Positions 15,953-25,276 of a DNA stretch of 30,916 bases are shown here, piece by piece (within the stretch, counting starts at the first letter, position 1; the number at the start of each line of letters is the position of its first letter). Origin of the DNA: a virus (taxonomy: Duplodnaviria > Caudoviricetes); the IMG/VR virus record IMGVR_UViG_3300048507_001074, positions 1 to 30,916 of that record, one strand, 5' to 3'. Under the pieces are notes generated by a model. It ran no database searches. It was not told where the DNA came from and worked only from the letters and a program-made list of their open reading frames with translations. The position numbers were made by a program, and so were the translations under genes.

Positions 15953-17905
15953 TTATTTTTGAAAGCTGTATTCTGGTTTAATTTTCTTTAATTCTCTGTT
16001 GCTTGTTCTGATATCTATTCTAGATGATATAGCTTTTTCGAAAGAAGTTGAAAATGAATCGGGCTGTATGTTGGTTGCCTCAATTTCTTTTGCGATTCCC
16101 TGCATGGTTTTAATTTGATCGTCAGAAAAAGGTTCAAATTTTGAGAATTGATGGTATCCTCCTATAGAGCTTTTTATTCTAAGCATAAACCTGCCGCCGC
16201 CTATATCATTCATGAAAATTATTGAGCCAGAGTTTTTCTTTAAAGATTCTTCGAGCAATTTATTTTTCTGATTTTTTAACTCATTAACTTGGTTTTCTAA
16301 AGTTTTATTTTGAGATTTATTTATTTTAAGCATTTGATTTTCTTGAGATAAATTTTGCATTTCTTCTTTTAGTTCTTCGAAATTATTTTCTATAGAATTG
16401 CATTCTATTTTTATTGATTGTATTTCTTTTTTATTTTCTTCGTGTTTACCTAAAACAGATTTGATTTCTCTTGCGCTTTTTTGAACTTCTTCGGCGTTTT
16501 TAAATAATTGTTTTTTATCTTCTTTTAATTGAATGATTTGCGTTTCTAAATTTTGTTTTTCTTCGCTGAGTGTTTCAATGTCTTTAGATATACCCGCAGT
16601 TTCTTCTTGATTGATAATCGATTTTTCAACTTCAAGTTTTAACTTCCTTGCGGATTCTTTATTTTTAGAAATTTCTTGTTTATATTTTTCAATTTGATTT
16701 TCGTGAAGTTCTACGATTTTTTGCTCTTCTTCTAAATCTTTTTTTCTTTCATTCAATTCAAATTCTTTATCCTCTAAATTCTTATGTTTTAGTTCAATTT
16801 CATTGATTTTTTCAAGATATAATGACTCATCCATTGCCATTTTGGGAAATTTCTTAGAAAGAGATATGTGAGCCGCAAGAACTAATAGAACTGCTAGTGG
16901 GTCAAATACAAAAATCAATATAACTATAACTATTCTTACAGCTTTGCCGATATCAAAATCAAGTCCAGTAAAGTCTGCGATTAATTCTGCTACATATTTA
17001 ATAGGCCCGACTTCAGCCTCTAGCTGTCTTGATCCATCATCAAGATCAAATTTTTGCTTTTCTAGTTCATCAATTTTATCAAGAGCATTAGATATATTAG
17101 CGTTCAACTCTTCAATCTTATTTTCAACATTTTCAGGTTTTTCAAAACCTATGCTCTGATAATCTTGTATTCTTTTTCTTATATCAGATATTAATGCGGA
17201 CGTTTCGTTTCGGTATTTAGAAATGCGAGCTTCAATATCGGATTTTTTCGAAGCAAGCTCCTCTCTTTCTTGAGCTTGTTCGTTTGTGATTTTTTCTAGC
17301 TCTTTTGTTTTATTTGAGAATAATCCTCCGGATTTATTTTTTACTACATTTAATTGTTCATTTAATTCATTAATTCTTAATTGTATAGGTTCAAGCATTT
17401 TACTATCTAATGCAATATCTTTTTCTAATTGAGAGCTTAACTGATCTATTTTGTCTTGTTCTAGCTTGATATTCTGGGAACTCTGGTCACTTCTGTTTTT
17501 GTTTTTATTTTCATTTTGCAAGATCAACTCTTTTTGTCTTTTAATATAATCGTTTTCTCGAGCTATTTTAGATTCAACTTGAGTAACTAAAGCATTCGCT
17601 TTTTCAGCGTGTTGTTCGTGCTCGATATGAGATTTAGATAAAAAGCCAAAAATACCCATACTTGTAATTCCCATAAGAACTATGATTGCTCCAAATAAAT
17701 ATATTTTTAATGTGATTGGCGCAGTTTTCCAGTTTTTATGCAACCATATAGCAGCAATTATTTTACCGACTTCTAGCACGGCGCCCATTGCTATAACTGC
17801 CTCTATAGAGCCTGGGAAGATTGTAGCTAAACCAATTATACTAAAATAGGCCGCTATCAGTGAAATGCTTAAAGCTGAAATTAATGTTGTTATTGCAAAA
17901 ATCAT
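15953..17905 (-). CDS. Membrane protein with two long coiled coils
   Basis: About three N-terminal hydrophobic helices, a ~200-aa E/K/Q heptad region, a TM segment IVIVILIFVFDPLAVLLVLAA, then a second ~200-aa coiled coil. Confidence 0.8.
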   Translation of the reverse strand: MIFAITTLISALSISLIAAYFSIIGLATIFPGSIEAVIAMGAVLEVGKIIAAIWLHKNWKTAPITLKIYLFGAIIVLMGITSMGIFGFLSKSHIEHEQHAEKANALVTQVESKIARENDYIKRQKELILQNENKNKNRSDQSSQNIKLEQDKIDQLSSQLEKDIALDSKMLEPIQLRINELNEQLNVVKNKSGGLFSNKTKELEKITNEQAQEREELASKKSDIEARISKYRNETSALISDIRKRIQDYQSIGFEKPENVENKIEELNANISNALDKIDELEKQKFDLDDGSRQLEAEVGPIKYVAELIADFTGLDFDIGKAVRIVIVILIFVFDPLAVLLVLAAHISLSKKFPKMAMDESLYLEKINEIELKHKNLEDKEFELNERKKDLEEEQKIVELHENQIEKYKQEISKNKESARKLKLEVEKSIINQEETAGISKDIETLSEEKQNLETQIIQLKEDKKQLFKNAEEVQKSAREIKSVLGKHEENKKEIQSIKIECNSIENNFEELKEEMQNLSQENQMLKINKSQNKTLENQVNELKNQKNKLLEESLKKNSGSIIFMNDIGGGRFMLRIKSSIGGYHQFSKFEPFSDDQIKTMQGIAKEIEATNIQPDSFSTSFEKAISSRIDIRTSNRELKKIKPEYSFQK

Positions 17906-18138
17906 GATATTTTGTAGTTTGAGTTTGGAGGTTGTTTTTTATTGGTATCATCTATAGTTGAGATATCTTCGCGATTTGAGTTTGCGTAGAAACCGCCATT
18001 GTCGTTGCCATAATAACCTTCTTGACCCTTTTTAGCTAGCGGGTCAACTTTTTGTTGTGAAGGGTAGTCAAATTGATCAAAAGATATCTCTCGATTATCA
18101 TTTGGGTATCTAAAATTTGGATCGTCTGATAAACTCAT
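17902..18138 (-). CDS. Hypothetical protein (78 aa)
   Basis: ATGA overlap with the next gene and an upstream GTGTA motif. Confidence 0.65.
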   Translation of the reverse strand: MSLSDDPNFRYPNDNREISFDQFDYPSQQKVDPLAKKGQEGYYGNDNGGFYANSNREDISTIDDTNKKQPPNSNYKIS

Positions 18139-18152
18139 GCCTTTTAATTACA

Positions 18153-18320
18153 CTAATCACTTTTAATCTGAACAGTAATTTTCTGGCCATTGTCTAATTC
18201 TATAATTGCAAACTTTGCTCCATCATCTGGTCCACCCATTTCTTCATACTCCTGTATAATAGTTCCCCATATTTTTCCATATGGAGTTAAAACTATGCAT
18301 CGATTTTCTTTTTTACTCAT
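18153..18320 (-). CDS. Hypothetical protein (55 aa), below the ORF-track cutoff
   Basis: MSKKENRCIVLTPYGKIWGTIIQEYEEMGGPDDGAKFAIIELDNGQKITVQIKSD*. It fills the gap and has GTGTA 9 nt upstream. Confidence 0.7.
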   Translation of the reverse strand: MSKKENRCIVLTPYGKIWGTIIQEYEEMGGPDDGAKFAIIELDNGQKITVQIKSD

Positions 18321-18329
18321 GTTAATATA

Positions 18330-18405
18330 TACACTTTTAGCTAAATCTACAAAAGTTAAAAGTTAACTTTGGACTTTTATTAGACTTTACTTTAACTTTT
18401 GTGTA
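18330..18405. repeat. Divergent intergenic region with eight ACTTT/AAAGT pentamers, a 12-bp inverted repeat and a 12-bp palindrome
   Basis: ACAAAAGTTAAA (18349-18360) pairs with TTTAACTTTTGT (18391-18402). AAAGTTAACTTT at 18359-18370. Outward-facing GTGTA at both ends. Confidence 0.75.
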
Positions 18406-18414
18406 TCATAAGTG

Positions 18415-20388
18415 ATGAGCAAGAGAAAATATGAAAAAAAGTCTGATTATTGGAATAAATTTAAAAAAGAAGACTTAAATGATCTAACTGAATCTTTCAG
18501 CAAAGACATTAACACTCCTGCTTCTGCAGGAGAACCATATTATATCGAATCTTCTGCTGCATACATCAGGTCTCAATCTCGATCAGACGAAAATGCTTCT
18601 CGCAGAAACTCTATACATAAATCTGATAAAAAGTTTAGATTTGCAAATATAGCGGATGGACTGTTGCCTTATAATTATTCCAAGGATGGAGTTAGTATTC
18701 GTAATGCTATAGAATTGTGCCAAAAAGCTTATGCAAATGTAGCTGTGTTTAGAAACGCTATTGATATAATGTCTGAATTTGCAAACACAAAAATATATTT
18801 AGAAGGTGGAAATCAAAAATCTAGGGAATTTATATATAAGTGGTTTGAGAAAATAAACTTATGGTCTCTAAGTGATCAATATTTTAGAGAATATTATAGA
18901 AGTGGAAACATTTTCTTATATAGAGTAGATGGACAGTTTTCTAGAGAAGACTTTGATAAGCTTAGTAAAGTCTACGGCTCAACAATTTCTCTTCAACCCG
19001 GCAAGATACCTGTTAAGTACATCATGCTTAACCCTTTTGATGTTGTCGCTCACCGAGGATCTTCTTTTGAGTCAGCTCTTTATGAAAAAATATTATCTGA
19101 GTATGACATAGAAAGACTAAGAAGTCCTAAAACAGATTATGACCTAGAAATATTTGAATCCTTGGATCAAGAAGTTCGTGATCAAATTAAAAATGGCGGT
19201 TACAATTCAGACGGTATAAAAATAAAACTTAATCCTGATAAGTTAATTTACTCTTTTTACAAAAAACAAGACTACGAACCTTTCGCTATCCCTTTTGGGT
19301 ATTCCGTACTTGATGATATAAATTTTAAACTTGAACTTAAAAAAATAGATCAAGCAATCTGCAGAACTATAGAAAATGTTATTTTATTAATAACTATGGG
19401 GGCAGAGCCAGACAAGGGAGGTATTAATCCAAGAAATATGGAGGCAATGCAGAACCTTTTTAAAAACGAAAGCGTTGGAAGGGTTTTGGTTAGCGATTTT
19501 ACAACAAAAGCTCAATTTGTTATTCCTGACATTAGTAAAGTTGTAGGTCCGTCTAAATATGAAGTGATTAACAACGACATTAAAGAGGGTCTACAAAATG
19601 TTATTGTCGGAGATGAAAGGTATAGTAATACTCAAGTTAAAACCACTATATTCCTTGAAAGATTGAAGGAATCTAGAAACGCTTTCTTAAATCAATTCTT
19701 GCAACCACAAATCAAAATGATTTGCCAAAATCTTGGTTTTAGAAAATATCCAACCGCCAAATTTGAAGAAGCAGATATCAAAGATGAGGTTCAATTACAG
19801 AGAGTTGCAACTAGGCTTATGGAACTTGGTATAATCACTCCTGAACAAGGAATGGATGTACTAGATAAGGGAGTATATCCCAAGCCCGATGAATTAGAGC
19901 CTGCTCAGAGAGAGTATATAGATAAGAGAAAGCAGGGTATGTATAACCCAATCGTCGGAGGTGTTCCAATGATAGAGGATGATCCTGGTCTGCAAAATAC
20001 ACAACCAACTAAAGAGGTAGGTAGACCCGTTGGAACTTCTGATATACCTCAAGAATCTCAATCGGAAGATTTATATAGCAGAAAAAATTTACAAGAAGCA
20101 ATTTATGAAAGCGAGAAGTTTAGGAATGAAGCTTATACTTTCATGAGAAAAAACACTTCTAAAAGTAAGCTTAATAAAACACAAAAAAATATGATTGATG
20201 AGTTGTGTCAATCTATTATGATTGCATCCGATAAAAATTTATGGATTAAAAAATTAGAAGAATGTATCGATGATTCCAATAACATTGAAAATTTGGGATG
20301 CTTGGAAGGAGTTCAAGAAATAGCGGCAAAACACGATTTAGATTTATATTCTGCTGCATTACTTTATCATAGCAGTAAGGGGGAGTAA
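18415..20388 (+). CDS. Probable phage portal protein
   Basis: About 657 aa. YANVAVFRNAIDIMSEF and YFREYYRSGNIFLY match the portal N-terminal pattern; PFAIPFG and LMELGIIT also fit. First gene of the structural strand. ATG 18415 chosen over GTG 18412. Confidence 0.72.
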   Translation: MSKRKYEKKSDYWNKFKKEDLNDLTESFSKDINTPASAGEPYYIESSAAYIRSQSRSDENASRRNSIHKSDKKFRFANIADGLLPYNYSKDGVSIRNAIELCQKAYANVAVFRNAIDIMSEFANTKIYLEGGNQKSREFIYKWFEKINLWSLSDQYFREYYRSGNIFLYRVDGQFSREDFDKLSKVYGSTISLQPGKIPVKYIMLNPFDVVAHRGSSFESALYEKILSEYDIERLRSPKTDYDLEIFESLDQEVRDQIKNGGYNSDGIKIKLNPDKLIYSFYKKQDYEPFAIPFGYSVLDDINFKLELKKIDQAICRTIENVILLITMGAEPDKGGINPRNMEAMQNLFKNESVGRVLVSDFTTKAQFVIPDISKVVGPSKYEVINNDIKEGLQNVIVGDERYSNTQVKTTIFLERLKESRNAFLNQFLQPQIKMICQNLGFRKYPTAKFEEADIKDEVQLQRVATRLMELGIITPEQGMDVLDKGVYPKPDELEPAQREYIDKRKQGMYNPIVGGVPMIEDDPGLQNTQPTKEVGRPVGTSDIPQESQSEDLYSRKNLQEAIYESEKFRNEAYTFMRKNTSKSKLNKTQKNMIDELCQSIMIASDKNLWIKKLEECIDDSNNIENLGCLEGVQEIAAKHDLDLYSAALLYHSSKGE

Positions 20389-20391
20389 GGA

Positions 20392-23064
20392 ATGGGAGCT
20401 TTCGAAACTTTCGTAAACGCTAACCTGGGCATAAGAAAGCCGCTGATTCTGGATAGCGGTCCACCTTCATTGAGTCAAAAGGCTGCAGGTATTGTTGGTT
20501 CAGAATATATTGATCTTGATGATAATTCAATATATGAAAAAACTGGTGAAAATAATAGCGTAGATTGGAAGTTCATTAGAAAGTTGGGGAGTTCGAATGA
20601 ACAATTAGTTAATATTTCAGGAGATTTTTATCAGGAATTAAATGAAATTAATCAAGAATTAATACAAGTTTCAGGATCTTTAAGGCAAGAGATATCTTCT
20701 ATTTCGGATAATGTTGTAGCATCAAAAGTAGATTTACCGACTGGCGTTGGAGATATATCATTGAAATATCATGACATTCATCATTCTTTAAATTTTAATG
20801 CAACTCCACATGTCTTTGTTAATCTCACATCAAATTCTGGATGCCCCGCTTTTTATGCATACTCCACTTATGAAGTTGATCAAAGCGGGTTTAAGGTTGC
20901 TTTTTCAGATATTATAAGGAAAGAGCATCAAGCACTAGAGCTTTTGATTATAGAATCAACTTTTGGATCTAACGCTTTACTTTCTCAGGAGATAAATTTT
21001 CCAGAAATAGGCACAGGTTATGTAAGTTCAGGAACTTATGATTTAAACGCGTCCGCCACTTCTCAACTTGATGTAAGTTATTCTTTAGATCAAACAGGCG
21101 CAGTAGAATTAAGTAATAATGCTTTAATATTAAATTATGGTGGGGAAGTGAATATTACTGCAAGTCAGACAGGCAATGAGTTGTATAATGCAGCAGGCGA
21201 TGTTACTAGGTCCCTTACTATAATTGACGATACTATTTGTGATTATGTAACTTTACATATCCAAAGCGACACAAATAATGAATCTGATCCTATTGTTGAC
21301 AGCTCACTATTAACGGGTCAAGTTTATCAAAGTGGAGACGTGGGTCATATAACTGGATCAAACTTATTCTCGACAAGTTCTATTGAATTTGATGGAGATG
21401 GAGATTGGTTATATGTAGATTCACAAGATGAATTAACCGGAGACTTTACAGCAGAAGCTTGGTTTAATATTAAAAATATTCCAGCTGCTTCAGGATTCAA
21501 TTTATCATCTGATACATCAGAATCTCTTTTAGAAGATGATGTTCTTGAGATTACTGGAGATATGACTTTAAGTTATGTTAATGATAGAGTATCTTCTATT
21601 GGTAGTAATACAATTACATTAACAAATTTAAGCGGCATTAACTTTGAAGAAGATCAAAGACTATTGTTAATTTCAACTTATGGGCCATCCGGTTCGACCG
21701 TAGGTAACTATGAGTTTGTAGAGACTTCAACTATTAATCAAAACACGATAACGCTAAAATCAAACATACAAAAAGATTATGATGTTGATAATTATACATT
21801 TATTGTTGCTCCAAAAAGATATAATAAAATTATTGTTGAAGAGAATGTGAACGTTTCTTCTGAAGCCTGGTCTGATTCTAGTAGCTCTATTCAAGGTTTG
21901 GTATTGTTATCTGCTAATGAAATAGTTGTTAAAGGTAATCTATCCGCAAATTCACTTGGATTTAGAGGAGGTAATATCGGAAATGCATCAAGTCCAAGCG
22001 GAGGCAGGGGAGAGAGTTATGTTCCTGGAGTTTGGAATGTAAAATCTACGTCTCAAGCATATGGTGCTGGCGGCGGAGGTAAATATACTTCTTCAAGCGG
22101 CACTGACACAGGAAGTTCTGGAGCGGGAGGCGGACATGGATCTGCTGGTACTAATGGTTCTGGAGGCACTGCAAAAGCAGGTGAAGCTTTTGCTTCTATC
22201 AATAACACTATTAAGGAAAAAGTTTTTATGGGTCCTGGAGGCGGACAAGGAGCTTCTGATAATGCAAGTCCATTCGACAATTCTTCATCTAGAGGAGGTT
22301 ACGGAGGACGTGGAGGTGGAATTGTAATTATTGATTCAATTAATTGCCAAGTAACTGCTTCTGCATCTATAAAAGCTAATGGGCAGCAAGGGTTTGAAGC
22401 TTATGACCCAGGTGATGCTGAGCCAGGTAATGGAGGAGGCGGAGCTGGAGGTTCTATATTATTTATGGGCAATTTAAATAATGAAGGTTTAATTGAAACA
22501 AAATATGGAGATCGAAGAAAAGCAGACGGTAGCGGTCAAAGCTCTGGCTATGGATATACATCTGGTTACGGAGGTAATGGAGTTATTGCTTGGTTTGGGT
22601 ATCAGGTTGGTAATAAGCCTAGTTATTGCCTTGATCATTACTTATGGAAAAATTCATCCTTTATCTTGAGTGGAGGTTCGACTACTCAGACATCAACAGG
22701 AGGTAGCTCAATAGCCATCAACGCAGTATCAAAAAATTCTTCAGAGTATCAAATTACATATGGAAGTATCGGTAATAATGTGTTGGTTGATAGTAGCTTA
22801 AGTTTTAACAACTGGTATCATATAGCTATGGTTAGAAAAAATGGAGCTGAAACATTGTATTTAAATGGTTCATCGGTAAGTACTAGACAAAATTCTGTAA
22901 CTTACCAGAATGACGCTTATTCTATAGGTGGTCAAGCTTTGAATAATTTCGTGTCACCTTTACCTATGAAGGGTAATCTACAAGATCTTCGCATAACACA
23001 AAAAGCTTTATATCATAATAATTTTACAACTCCAACTTCTTTATTGAAAATATGTAATAATTAA
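20392..23064 (+). CDS. Virion/tail-associated protein with an Ig-like module, a Gly-rich domain and an interrupted LamG (ConA-like) domain
   Basis: SIEFDGDGDWL...GDFTAEAW, then much later WYHIAMVR...LYLNG...GNLQDLRIT. GGGG-rich region in between. QEINF...ITASQTGNELYNAA Ig-like module. Confidence 0.75.
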   Translation: MGAFETFVNANLGIRKPLILDSGPPSLSQKAAGIVGSEYIDLDDNSIYEKTGENNSVDWKFIRKLGSSNEQLVNISGDFYQELNEINQELIQVSGSLRQEISSISDNVVASKVDLPTGVGDISLKYHDIHHSLNFNATPHVFVNLTSNSGCPAFYAYSTYEVDQSGFKVAFSDIIRKEHQALELLIIESTFGSNALLSQEINFPEIGTGYVSSGTYDLNASATSQLDVSYSLDQTGAVELSNNALILNYGGEVNITASQTGNELYNAAGDVTRSLTIIDDTICDYVTLHIQSDTNNESDPIVDSSLLTGQVYQSGDVGHITGSNLFSTSSIEFDGDGDWLYVDSQDELTGDFTAEAWFNIKNIPAASGFNLSSDTSESLLEDDVLEITGDMTLSYVNDRVSSIGSNTITLTNLSGINFEEDQRLLLISTYGPSGSTVGNYEFVETSTINQNTITLKSNIQKDYDVDNYTFIVAPKRYNKIIVEENVNVSSEAWSDSSSSIQGLVLLSANEIVVKGNLSANSLGFRGGNIGNASSPSGGRGESYVPGVWNVKSTSQAYGAGGGGKYTSSSGTDTGSSGAGGGHGSAGTNGSGGTAKAGEAFASINNTIKEKVFMGPGGGQGASDNASPFDNSSSRGGYGGRGGGIVIIDSINCQVTASASIKANGQQGFEAYDPGDAEPGNGGGGAGGSILFMGNLNNEGLIETKYGDRRKADGSGQSSGYGYTSGYGGNGVIAWFGYQVGNKPSYCLDHYLWKNSSFILSGGSTTQTSTGGSSIAINAVSKNSSEYQITYGSIGNNVLVDSSLSFNNWYHIAMVRKNGAETLYLNGSSVSTRQNSVTYQNDAYSIGGQALNNFVSPLPMKGNLQDLRITQKALYHNNFTTPTSLLKICNN

Positions 23065-23091
23065 ATTAAGTTTAATTTAACTTAGTTTTTT
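23065..23091 (+). terminator. Possible weak AT-rich terminator
   Basis: ATTAAGTT-taattt-AACTTAGT followed by a T run directly after the stop codon; low predicted stability. Confidence 0.3.
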
Positions 23092-23117
23092 GTTTGATAG
23101 ATCGTGTAAATAACGAC

Positions 23118-24188
23118 ATGAATATTGTTTTAACTGCAAGTTTTGATAAAGGAATTTTTTGTAATGGTTTACAGCAGAATATCGTTTTCTTAGCCGAAAT
23201 GCTTCAGGATATGGGGTATGATCCTGTTATATGTATAAATCATGAAAAATCTAAATGTATTGACGCGCCAAATAATTTATTGATTATAGATGAAAATGAT
23301 CTTGTAAATTTGGAAAATGTAGATTATTTATTGCAAACAGGTTGGGTAGTAGGTAATAAAGTTATTGATCACTTAAAAATCAAGAATAAGGGTATGCAAA
23401 ATGTGCATGTTCATTATGGGAATAGAATGCTTGCGGATGTTGAGCAAGCAAGTTGGGACACTATATCTGTTGGTAACTATAGTATAGATCAAGTTTGGAT
23501 TTCTCCTCATTATGAGATTTCGCTAAATTACTTTAAAACGTTTTATCATACAGAAAAGGTATTTGTCTTGCCTTATATCTGGAGCCCTAAATATATACAA
23601 GTTCACGAAATGATCTGGAATAAAGCAGGATTTTCTTGCAAATATAATCCTCGAGATCCCAAGAATATAGCTATCGTTGAGCCGAATTTAAATATGACCA
23701 AAAGCTGCGTTCCTGCTATTATGCTTGTTGAAGAATATTACAATAGTTATCCACAAGTATTTGATAAAATGACAGTTTATTGTTCTAGTAATCTTAGCGG
23801 CAAAAAATACTTTAGATCATTAATGTGGGGCTTGAATTTAATTAAAGATCAAAAAGTTTCTTTTGATGGTAGGCAAAAAATTAGCAAGATATTTTCTCAA
23901 GAATCAAATGTTGTAGTATCTCATCAACTTTTAAATGCATTGAATTATACATATCTAGAGGCTTTATATTTTAATATTCCGTTGGTTCATAATTCAGAAT
24001 ATATCAAAGAAGCGGGTTATTACTACCCAGATTACGATACTAAAACTGGCGCAAAAGCTTTAAATGGTGCTTTATCTTTTCACGACTCCAATCTTGAAAA
24101 CTACCAAAAAATTGCAAAAAGAATTATAGATAGGTATTCTCCTAATAACGAACAAGTTAGAAAAAAGTACAAAGACTTATTTGAGTGA
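23118..24188 (+). CDS. DUF2827 family protein (putative GT-B glycosyltransferase), paralog 1
   Basis: NGLQQNIVFL, PYIWSP, EPNLN, VSHQLLNALNYTYLEALYFNIPLVHNS...GYYYP. ATG 23118 follows GTGTA-N9. Confidence 0.75.
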   Translation: MNIVLTASFDKGIFCNGLQQNIVFLAEMLQDMGYDPVICINHEKSKCIDAPNNLLIIDENDLVNLENVDYLLQTGWVVGNKVIDHLKIKNKGMQNVHVHYGNRMLADVEQASWDTISVGNYSIDQVWISPHYEISLNYFKTFYHTEKVFVLPYIWSPKYIQVHEMIWNKAGFSCKYNPRDPKNIAIVEPNLNMTKSCVPAIMLVEEYYNSYPQVFDKMTVYCSSNLSGKKYFRSLMWGLNLIKDQKVSFDGRQKISKIFSQESNVVVSHQLLNALNYTYLEALYFNIPLVHNSEYIKEAGYYYPDYDTKTGAKALNGALSFHDSNLENYQKIAKRIIDRYSPNNEQVRKKYKDLFE

Positions 24189-25276
24189 AAATAGGAATTA
24201 CTATAGATTTATCTTTAGCTTTTTGGGCTAATGGAGTTCAGCAAAATATAGTATTTCTGAGCCATTTATTTTCTTCAGTACCTGATAATGAGTGTTGCTA
24301 TATCAGCGAATCAAGACTGTCAGATTCGATAGAAAGCGAAACTGAATATGTTAGTCCAGAGCAAATCAAGGAATCAAATATTAAGTTTGACGTAATTATT
24401 GTCGCAGGTTTAGGTTTAGATGATGAAATTTATGATCATTTGATTAAGATTAATCCTGATATTAAAATTGTATTGATACACTGCTTTAATAAGCTTATGG
24501 ACGATATAGCCTTTAATGTTGCATACCCAGATACAAATCAATCTCCTGCTCAAACACCTAAGTATTTATCTGAAATATGGGTTCTACCTCATCATGAATT
24601 TTCGATTGAATATATAAAATCATACTATAATTTCGATAAAATTAAACAAGTGCCTTACTTATGGAGTCCGTTTTTTGTTAATCAAAAATTACATGAAATG
24701 AAGCAAAAGGGTGTTAGCCCATTATTTAAAAAAGGTTGGGAAAATAAGGTATGCATTTTTGAGCCTAATTTTTCTCACATAAAGAATTGCCTAGTTCCTT
24801 TAATGATCTGCGAAAAATTTCAAAATACTTTTGGCGACGATCTTTTTTCTTTGAATGTTTTTTGTTGTGAAAAATTAAGGAACAATAACTTTTTTAAAAA
24901 ATTCGTGGCGCGTTTAAATATAATCAATAAAAGAGAAAACTTTTGTTTTTTTAATAATAGATGGTCTACTCTTGCTGGATTAGCTAGATGGGGAAGCACA
25001 GTGGTGAGTCATCAAATGTATAACTCCTTGAATTATGCTCATTTAGAAACATTGTATTTAGGTCTTCCACTAATACATAATTCAGAGCCATTAATGGATC
25101 TTGGGTATTATTATCCAGATTTTGATATAGATATGGGCGCGAAGCAATTGAAAAGCGCTATTATAAATCATGATTCATGTATAGATAGTTATACTAAAGA
25201 TGCAAAAGATTTTATAAAAAAATTCGACCCAAATTCAGGCTCTAATATTAAAGAATATATGGATCTGTTAAAGTAA
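24185..25276 (+). CDS. DUF2827 family protein (putative GT-B glycosyltransferase), paralog 2
   Basis: MKIGIT...WANGVQQNIVFL, PYLWSP, FEPN, VSHQMYNSLNYAHLETLYLGLPLIHNS...GYYYP. GTGA overlap with paralog 1. Confidence 0.75.
   Translation: MKIGITIDLSLAFWANGVQQNIVFLSHLFSSVPDNECCYISESRLSDSIESETEYVSPEQIKESNIKFDVIIVAGLGLDDEIYDHLIKINPDIKIVLIHCFNKLMDDIAFNVAYPDTNQSPAQTPKYLSEIWVLPHHEFSIEYIKSYYNFDKIKQVPYLWSPFFVNQKLHEMKQKGVSPLFKKGWENKVCIFEPNFSHIKNCLVPLMICEKFQNTFGDDLFSLNVFCCEKLRNNNFFKKFVARLNIINKRENFCFFNNRWSTLAGLARWGSTVVSHQMYNSLNYAHLETLYLGLPLIHNSEPLMDLGYYYPDFDIDMGAKQLKSAIINHDSCIDSYTKDAKDFIKKFDPNSGSNIKEYMDLLK

Noticed and set aside
15953-17905. Tape measure protein or SMC ATPase
   Set aside because: It has no Walker motifs, lies on the non-structural strand, and has a TM layout unlike a tape measure protein.
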